From Fonticula alba ATCC 38817 (taxonomy: Eukaryota; Protista; Nucleariida), in the NCBI GenBank assembly GCA_000388065.2, contig KB932213.1: 7,101 nt of DNA. One strand, written 5' to 3'. The first letter of the stretch is position 1; every line of letters begins with the position of its first letter. The position numbers and the translations under genes were made by a program. The notes below the pieces were generated by a model, which ran no database searches, was not told the origin of the DNA, and worked only from the letters and a program-made list of their open reading frames with translations. Shown piece after piece: positions 1-5,953 of the stretch.

Positions 1-1
1 C

Positions 2-2072
2 CTGCGCCACCCGACCACCGACCAGTGCGTGTCCAGCTGCCCGGACGGCACCGGGCCCAACCTGGCGGCCGGCCGGTGCGACCCCTGCGGCAATGCCTCC
101 TGCCTCCGGTGCCAGACGTCGGCCCCCGGTGCCCACTGCACGGCCTGCCCGCCGGCCAGCGTCTACAACCCGGAATCGCGCGTGTGCGTCGCCTGCCCGG
201 ACAACTGCCACACCTGCACGGGGGCCCCGGCGAACCTCGTGTGCCTGAGCTGCCGGCCGGACTACCACCTCTCTCCCGGCCGGTGCACCAACCACTGCCC
301 GGCCGGGACACATGTCCAGCGGGTGGCTGCCCCGGAGCCAGGGCCCGACCCGGCGCCCGAGCCCACCATGTGCCAGCCCTGCCACCCGATGTGCGCCACG
401 TGCACCGGGCCCGAAGCCAGCCGGTGCACGTCCTGTGCCGACCCGCGGGCCACCCTGCGCTTTGGCCACCAGCCCGGGGCCTGCATCGCATCGTGCGCCG
501 GCCCCTGCGAATGCCGCGTGGCCGGCTGCGCCATGTGCCGGTCGTCCGAGATCCACGCCTGCCAGCTCTGCAACACGGGGCTCCTCCTGGGCCCGAGCCG
601 GAATTGCGTCCAGCCAAATGCCTGCCCGGCGGGCTTCTACCCGGACCTGAATGCCGGCGTGTGTGCCAGCTGCCCGAACGCCTGCGAGACGTGCCACGCC
701 GATGCCCCGCACGTGTGCCTCGCCTGCTGGAGCGACTTCTCCCCCTTCCTCGTCCAGGGCGCCTGCCTGGCCGAGTGCCCGGGCGAGGGGCACTTCCTTC
801 GGGACGACGGCAATCGCCCCGAGTGCCTGCCCTGCGGGGCGGCCTGCCGGCTGTGCGACAGCGACACCGAATGCCGCCTCTGCCAGGCCGGCCATGTCCT
901 GCACCAGGGGGCCTGCCTGCCGGAGGGCGCCTGCCCGGCCGGGACCTTCGCCAATGCCGGCTCCTGCCAGCCATGCGACGACGCATGCGCCACCTGCTTC
1001 GGCCCGGGGGCCGCCCACTGCACCGGCTGCCCGGCCGGCCGGGTCCTGTCCCTGGGCCAGTGCCTGGCCGCCTNNNNNNNNNNNNNNNNNNNNNNNNNNN
1101 NNNNNNNNNNNNNNNNNNNNNNNNNNNNNNNNNNNNNNNNNNNNNNNNNNNNNNNNNNNNNNNNNNNNNNNNNNNNNNNNNNNNNNNNNNNNNNNNNNNN
1201 NNNNNNNNNNNNNNNNNNNNNNNNNNNNNNNNNNNNNNNNNNNNNNNNNNNNNNNNNNNNNNNNNNNNNNNNNNNNNNNNNNNNNNNNNNNNNNNNNNNN
1301 NNNNNNNNNNNNNNNNNNNNNNNNNNNNNNNNNNNNNNNNNNNNNNNNNNNNNNNNNNNNNNNNNNNNNNNNNNNNNNNNNNNNNNNNNNNNNNNNNNNN
1401 NNNNNNNNNNNNNNNNNNNNNNNNNNNNNNNNNNNNNNNNNNNNNNNNNNNNNNNNNNNNNNNNNNNNNNNNNNNNNNNNNNNNNNNNNNNNNNNNNNNN
1501 NNNNNNNNNNNNNNNNNNNNNNNNNNNNNNNNNNNNNNNNNNNNNNNNNNNNNNNNNNNNNNNNNNNNNNNNNNNNNNNNNNNNNNNNNNNNNNNNNNNN
1601 NNNNNNNNNNNNNNNNNNNNNNNNNNNNNNNNNNNNNNNNNNNNNNNNNNNNNGGGCCACCTGCCCGAATGGCAGCTACCCCGAGGCCGGCGGGTCGTCT
1701 TGCGCGCCCTGCCACCCTGGCTGCGATGCCTGCACCGGGCCCGGTGAGAGCGACTGCTCCACCCCGTTGCCGGGTGACGGCAGCAGCAGCGGCGGCAGCG
1801 GTGGCAGCGGCGGCAGCGGCGGTAGCGGCGGCAGCGGCAGCAGTGGCAACAGCGGCAGCAGTGGCAGCAGCGGCAGCAGCGGCAGCAAGCCCTCCTCCGG
1901 CCGGGACAAGACCGCCCTGGCCATCGGCCTCGGGGTGGGCCTGTCCCTGTTGGTCATCATCGTCGTGGCCGCGGTGGCGGTGCTGCTCCTGCGGAAGGCC
2001 GCCGCCGGCCGCGGCGCCGGCAAGCCCGCCATCGGCCTCGACTCCGTGGAGATGGACATCATCGACGCCTGA
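2..2072 (+). CDS. 3' part (5' end outside window) of a type I membrane protein with furin-like (FU / growth-factor-receptor-like) Cys-rich repeats, a Gly/Ser stalk, one TM helix and a 26-aa cytoplasmic tail; interrupted by an assembly gap
   Basis: Frame 2 is open from position 2 (LRHPTTDQCVSSCPDG...) to the gap at 1074. Frame 3 is open from 1656 (ATCPNGSYP...) to TGA at 2070-2072. Repeated CxxC-x3/4-CxxC-x5/8-CxxC units occur, e.g. CQPCHPMCATCTGPEASRCTSC, CASCPNACETCHADAPHVCLAC, CQPCDDACATCFGPGAAHCTGC and, after the gap, CAPCHPGCDACTGPGESDC. Codons are overwhelmingly G/C-ending. A hydrophobic stretch ALAIGLGVGLSLLVIIVVAAVAVLLL is followed by RK (positive-inside rule). Confidence 0.92.
1074..1653. 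other. Assembly gap (580 N) inside the Cys-rich CDS
   Basis: Run of N. The same repeat type lies on both sides, but the frame shifts by one, so the gap size is only an estimate or it hides an intron. Confidence 0.99.
1779..1886 (+). repeat. Coding 9-bp tandem repeat (GGC RGC AGY-type) encoding a 36-aa Gly/Ser linker: GSSS(GGS)5 GSS GNS (GSS)3 GS
   Basis: Read directly: ggcggcagc ggtggcagc ggcggcagc ggcggtagc ggcggcagc ggcagcagt ggcaacagc ggcagcagt ggcagcagc ggcagcagc. Confidence 0.95.
1914..1991 (+). other. Transmembrane-helix-coding segment containing a GxxxG motif (GLGVG)
   Basis: 26 consecutive uncharged, mostly hydrophobic residues, flanked by DK on the N side and RK on the C side. Confidence 0.9.
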
Positions 2073-2122
2073 GCACACAGGCGTCCCCGAGCGCGGCCGT
2101 GCCCTCGCGGCCGGCAGCCACC

Positions 2123-2173
2123 AATATAATGAGTGCCATCAAGAGCGGCAGAACCTTGTGGGTATGGGTGTGG
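2123..2173 (+). promoter_or_regulatory. Candidate polyadenylation signal (AATATA, 2123-2128) with a downstream GU-rich element (2156-2173)
   Basis: The only AT-rich hexamer near the stop lies 50 nt after TGA and is followed about 30 nt later by ttgtgggtatgggtgtgg. This matches the AAUAAA-variant plus GU-rich arrangement of eukaryotic 3' ends; usage in this organism is unverified. Confidence 0.4.
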
Positions 2174-2499
2174 CGGGAGAAGCAGCGCTGGCAGGGGCCA
2201 CGGCGGACGCGGTGTTTCCCGTTCCTGGCAGGCGCCAGGGCTGCACCGGCCGGCATCCGCTGGCGCATGCGTGTCCGCCCCTCGGCTGGATCGACGACAG
2301 GGGCACAGTTTCTACGGGAGGGGGAGCCGGCTCTCCAGTGTGGGCGGCCAGCTCGCCAGCAGTGTACCCTGGGTGTGTGAGCAAGTGCGAGGCACACCGG
2401 CCTTCCGCACGGCGCCCCCTCGGCCGGGGTTCGCCGCGCGGCGTATGTGCTGTCCGCTCGCCACGGGGCGCGAGCGGGCCATGCCGACACCGCGCCTCT

Positions 2500-2524
2500 C
2501 CCCCCCCCCCCCCCCCCCCCCCCC
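2500..2524. repeat. C25 homopolymer
   Basis: Direct count. Confidence 0.95.
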
Positions 2525-3132
2525 ATGCCTCGGCCGGGTTCCCCACTCAGAAGCCGGAATGGGGCGCTTCGGGCGCCTTTCGCGCGCATTCAGCGGACAA
2601 CGAGGCGCGCGGCCCTCCGGGCTGTGCGTGCGAGCCGGCCCCGCGAGGCAGGGCCCCCGCCACGGCCTCCAAACACCATGGCCCAAGATACACCATAACC
2701 CAGCCTGAGGGGCGCCCACCACGATCGCACAGGTGCACCGGCCCCGGGGTGGCGCCTCAACTGGCCGCGGCCCGGGCGACTCCGCTTGTGCCCGGGCCGG
2801 CACAACAGGCCGAGCGGCTGCCCGGGGTCTGGCCGCGGCCGGGGCAGTGCAGCCGACATGGTGTCGCACCGCCCCGGCCGCAGGCCCGGTGCCACGGTGG
2901 ACATGTCTGCAAGCCCGGCCACGCGAGGGCCCGGGCAATGGCCGCCGGCCGTCGCCCACGGGCACCGTACGGGCGGCTGGCCCGGCACACCATGCGCCTC
3001 GAGGGCCCGACGTGACTGGACAGAGCCCATCCGGGGCGCGGCCATCCCCCTGCCAAGGGGTTGTGGCTATGGCGACACACGGCGCCGGCACCGCGGCAAG
3101 CATGCGCCCGGGGCCGCCGCAAGGGGCCCCGC

Positions 3133-3155
3133 GGCCCCGGCCCCGGCCCCGGCCC
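3133..3155. repeat. Short (GGCCCC)3+GGCCC hexamer repeat (GGGGCC on the minus strand)
   Basis: ggcccc ggcccc ggcccc ggccc. Confidence 0.85.
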
Positions 3156-3287
3156 GGGCAGACGCAGAGCATGCGGGATGCTGCGACGGGGGCGTCCGCG
3201 ATCGCGGCCACCATCGGGGAGCAGACGCCGGCGCCGGCCGAACAGCAGTCCCGCCAAGGCCGGCCCTGCGACTCCATGTAAGGCGAT

Positions 3288-3289
<2 letters not shown>

Positions 3290-3351
<62 letters not shown>
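3290..3351. repeat. (GT)31 dinucleotide microsatellite
   Basis: Uninterrupted GT/TG alternation over 62 nt, followed by degenerate ctgtgcgtg. Confidence 0.98.
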
Positions 3352-3352
<1 letters not shown>

Positions 3353-3395
3353 TGTGCGTGGCCATATAGTCGGGCCCCAACTCGAGGGACATGAC

Positions 3396-3416
3396 GAGAG
3401 AGGGAGAGAGAGAGAA
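3396..3416. repeat. Imperfect (GA)n polypurine tract
   Basis: gagagagggagagagagagaa. Confidence 0.85.
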
Positions 3417-4176
3417 TGAGTCAGAGGGGCCGAGATGGGGCGAGGACCGGCGAAGACAGCGGTCACAGGGCGTTGGGCCGGGGCTGCGTGCGTCACCAGC
3501 ACCAGGCCTCGGTCCTGGCGCGCCGCGTGCCGAAAGCATCGCCACCCAGCGGCAGGGCCACGCCCCGGACACGAGCAAGGGGACGGCCGGCAGGCCGCGC
3601 CCTTGCGAGCAACACCCCCGGGACCGGGTCCCATCGGTGGAGCTGCCTATCTTTTTCTTTCCCCGTCGCAGGTGCCCGGGCCGCCAGCCGGCTCCCGAAG
3701 GACCGGGGCGGCTCCCGGGCCTGCTGGGTCCCATGTGTGGCGGAGGCGCCGGCCCCGGCCGAGGCGCCGGGACAAGGCGCCCGCCGAGGGCGCCGGCTGT
3801 CGCCGGTTTGCCCGCTTGGTTTATTGATAGGCTGGGTGCGTGTGTGTGCTCCCGCACCGTGGCCAGGGGGATGGGTGGTGGTTTTCGCGTCATGGCGGCC
3901 CGGCCACGGCTGGGCCTGGCGAAGCGGCCGCGCGACCACTGCTGCCAGGCTCCCGCGCGGGTGCGGTGTGGCGGCCTGTGGCGCGCCCTGGGCCGGGGCT
4001 TGCGGCTCCCGGGGCCCGGCTGGCGTCTCGGCCAGCAGCCGGACGCCCCCGGCGGCCAAGGACCACCAACACAGGAGGGCGGCCTGGCGATGGGCAGGCG
4101 GCCGGGCCACACGGCTCCCCGGGTGGGAGAACAACAAGCAGAGACCGCCCCTCAAGAGGCCACTGGTACTGACCAT

Positions 4177-4192
4177 GGGGGGGGGGGGGGGG
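4177..4192. repeat. G16 homopolymer
   Basis: Direct count. Confidence 0.95.
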
Positions 4193-4529
4193 CTGGAGCC
4201 ACGACGCTGGGACCTTGGGGCCCGTCTGCCTAGCTCCCCTGTGAGGACGGTAGAAGCACGGCAGCCCCTTGTGGGGTGACCGCGCGAGGGACCGCACATC
4301 CATTGGGCTCGAGGGCCACAGCAGGGGAGGCGGAGGGGCGCCGTGCCGAGGCAAGTCAGCGACCCAAGTCGCGGGCGCCTGGCATAAAGGGAAGGGCCAT
4401 CCGCCAAGACAGCAACCGAGCGCGACGAGCCAAGGCAAGTCCCGGAGGAGGGGCGGCCGGGGGCGCGGCCCCGGCGGTGCCTCACCGGCCAACGCGGTGC
4501 CTACATGAGACGCTCGGACCGACCCACCG

Positions 4530-4561
4530 AGGCTTGATCTCCCATATGGGAGATCAAGCCT
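4530..4561. repeat. Perfect 32-bp palindrome (16-bp arms, no spacer)
   Basis: aggcttgatctcccat|atgggagatcaagcct. It extends to 4527-4564 with one G.T pair. Confidence 0.97.
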
Positions 4562-4874
4562 TGGGGGAAAGCATTTCGTCTCGAGAGGTACAAGAAGGCA
4601 AGCGATGACAATGAAGCGCGCGCGCGGTCTTGTTGGGGGAAGCAAAAGTATTTACATCAGAGACTACTGGCTTGGGGGGGAGAAAGCCAGGCCAAGGAGG
4701 CAATGACTATCCTTTCTAGGGTGGTCGTGCATGGGAGAAGGAGCACCTTGCCCCTCTTCTCCCCTGTGCGTCGAGGGAGGAGACGCCGGGGCGGGGCGAA
4801 GGCCTCTCTGCACGGAGGCGCGCGGTCCCCCCCTCCCCCCACAGAACGAGGAGAGCCGGGGTTCCGACTTCTCA

Positions 4875-4906
4875 GATATGGTCACATGCCACCCCGTGAC
4901 CATATC
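4875..4906. repeat. Perfect 11-bp inverted repeat with a 10-nt loop
   Basis: gatatggtcac-atgccacccc-gtgaccatatc. Confidence 0.95.
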
Positions 4907-4962
4907 CGGGCTCGGGAAACGAAAATTGACTACAAAATCCCGTTGCGCCTCTCCTGAGGCAT

Positions 4963-5035
4963 GCCTGTTTAGCTCAGTTGGTAGAGCATGGGACTCTTAA
5001 TCCCAGGGTCGTGGGTTCGAGCCCCACAGTGGGCT
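4963..5035 (+). tRNA. trnK: tRNA-Lys, anticodon CTT, intronless, eukaryotic cytosolic type
   Basis: Cloverleaf: acceptor GCCTGTT/AGTGGGC; D arm GCTC-AGTTGGTA-GAGC; anticodon arm TGGGA-CTCTTAA-TCCCA (CTT at 4996-4998); variable loop GGGTC; T arm GTGGG-TTCGAGC-CCCAC; discriminator T; no encoded CCA. A box TAGCTCAGTTGG and B box GGTTCGAGCCC are present. Confidence 0.97.
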
Positions 5036-5039
5036 TCTC

Positions 5040-5050
5040 TTTTGCTTTTT
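5040..5050 (+). terminator. RNA polymerase III terminator (T4 at 5040-5043, T5 at 5046-5050)
   Basis: ttttgcttttt begins 5 nt after the tRNA discriminator. Confidence 0.85.
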
Positions 5051-5099
5051 GGCTCGGCGGCCGGCAGGTTCCGCCCCGGGGCACCGAGGGCCGCGCGCC

Positions 5100-5116
5100 G
5101 GGGGGGGGGGGGGGGG
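5100..5116. repeat. G17 homopolymer
   Basis: Direct count. Confidence 0.95.
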
Positions 5117-5220
5117 CGGGGCGCCGAGAGCGAGGCAACGTGCGTGCCCCCGCGCGACGACCTCCGAACCGGAGGCCGAGAGGTGCACCGGCGCCCGAGG
5201 CACGGGCCCCGGGCCGGGGC

Positions 5221-5232
5221 GGGGGGGGGGGG
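5221..5232. repeat. G12 homopolymer
   Basis: Direct count. Confidence 0.95.
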
Positions 5233-5502
5233 CGAGGGACGTAAAAGGGGCCGGCTTCGAGGGCCGACAAGCCGGAGGCCGAAATCCCCGCCCTTCCCCC
5301 CTGCCGGCTGGGGGACAGGCAGCGGCCCGCGCCCGGCCAGGACGACACACGTCCCGGACTTTTTTGCGGGGCGCAGGGCCCGCGTGCCGGAAACCCGAGA
5401 AGGGGGAGGGCCAAAAATGAGCGCCCGCTGTCCGCCCCTCTTCTCCCGGTTCTGGGCGGCTCTTTGCGCTCCCTTTTTTCCAGCCCCGGATGCTGGCGAC
5501 AA

Positions 5503-5509
5503 TATAAAG
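5503..5509 (+). promoter_or_regulatory. TATA-like element (TATAAAG), possibly for the downstream surface-protein gene
   Basis: An isolated AT-rich TATA-like heptamer in very GC-rich DNA. The transcription start is unknown. Confidence 0.25.
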
Positions 5510-5888
5510 GGCGGCCTTGTTCGTGGCCGCGGCGTTTTTTCCCCCATCGGGCGGGGGTGCTCCTGAGCCCCCTACTTGGGGGACCCGGCTTGCCATTGGC
5601 CTGGGCACCGGCGTGCCATTCATCTGACCCGGGCGAGCCGGCAGCGGACGATAGCTCATTGGGATTTTGGCGCCCCGCACATCCAGGCAGCCGGCCGACT
5701 GGACGACCACCCGCGGCCGGGGTGCGTCCCCGGCCGGCCAGCTGCCAGCGAGGGCAGCAGGCAGCCGGGCGACGCCTTTCGGGCCCCTGGTTCTGCGGCG
5801 AACACCGTCATTATCCCGGCCGGGCACACCTCCTACCAGGCACCCCCGGACTCGCGAGGATCGAGGTATTCCCATGCTCGGGTCCCAT

Positions 5889-5898
5889 GGCCAATCGA
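5889..5898 (+). promoter_or_regulatory. CCAAT-box-like motif (GGCCAATCGA); reverse-oriented ATTGG copies also at 5595-5599 and 5658-5662
   Basis: Close match to the NF-Y/HAP consensus (RRCCAATSR) upstream of the second surface-protein gene. Confidence 0.25.
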
Positions 5899-5939
5899 AA
5901 TGGGCCGGCCCCCTTCCCCTTGGGCCCACGCGCTCCCCG

Positions 5940-5953
5940 CCCCCCCCCCCCCC
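5940..5953. repeat. C14 or longer homopolymer running into the assembly gap
   Basis: Direct count; truncated by N. Confidence 0.9.

Larger units (their letters stand above)
3278..3671 (+). other. Candidate GT-AG spliceosomal intron (394 nt)
   Basis: Donor-like AT|GTAAGG at 3278. Acceptor-like tctttttctttccccgtcgCAG|G ends at 3671. Microsatellites lie inside. No clear CTRAC branch site was seen. Confidence 0.35.

Noticed and set aside
1073-1656. Apparent frameshift or pseudogene: the Cys-rich CDS is in frame 2 before the gap and frame 3 after it
   Set aside because: The change occurs across a 580-N gap of estimated length. Both flanks are intact with the same repeat type and codon bias.
2693-2727. 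Loose resemblance to the 5' part of 5S rRNA (CCATA..CCAGCCTGA..GCGCCC..GATC)
   Set aside because: It needs several indels, and the internal box A/box C region and 3' half of 5S are absent. It is most likely chance.
25-3015. Longest ORF in the track (996 aa) and other long Pro/Arg/Gly/Ala-rich ORFs (e.g. 2312-3634 -, 2757-4112 -, 4997-6913 -, 5464-7041 +, 5667-6824 +)
   Set aside because: These are shadow frames expected in very GC-rich DNA. They read through N gaps, often start at GTG/TTG, overlap the real CDSs or the tRNA, and show no domain-like sequence.
3290-3351. HTHTHT / VCVCVC metal-binding-like peptides in ORFs crossing this region
   Set aside because: They are simply translations of the (GT)n microsatellite.
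4194-4202. TGGAGCCAC resembles a retroelement primer-binding site for this tRNA-Lys (expected TGGAGCCCACTG)
   Set aside because: Only 7 nt match contiguously, it is not preceded by an LTR-like ...CA end, and no gag/pol sequence or LTR pair is present.
4527-4906. Helitron 3' end or MITE termini as an explanation for the hairpins
   Set aside because: No CTRR lies about 10-12 nt after any strong hairpin on either strand (the CTAG at 4716 is 25 nt from a weak stem and not followed by T). I found no terminal inverted repeat pair with a target-site duplication.
5161-5175. Small hairpin CCTCCG-AAC-CGGAGG downstream of the tRNA
   Set aside because: A 6-bp GC-rich stem is expected by chance at this base composition.
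5459-5483. Strong-looking 3' splice site (ctctttgcgctcccttttttccag)
   Set aside because: No convincing upstream donor or coding exon could be paired with it, so it is not listed as an intron. It is only mentioned as a possibility in the CAATATAA finding.
4932-5670. Sm-site-like motifs (GATTTTGT on the minus strand at 4939-4932; GATTTTGG on the plus strand at 5663-5670)
   Set aside because: These are short motifs without any recognisable snRNA or SL-RNA hallmark nearby.
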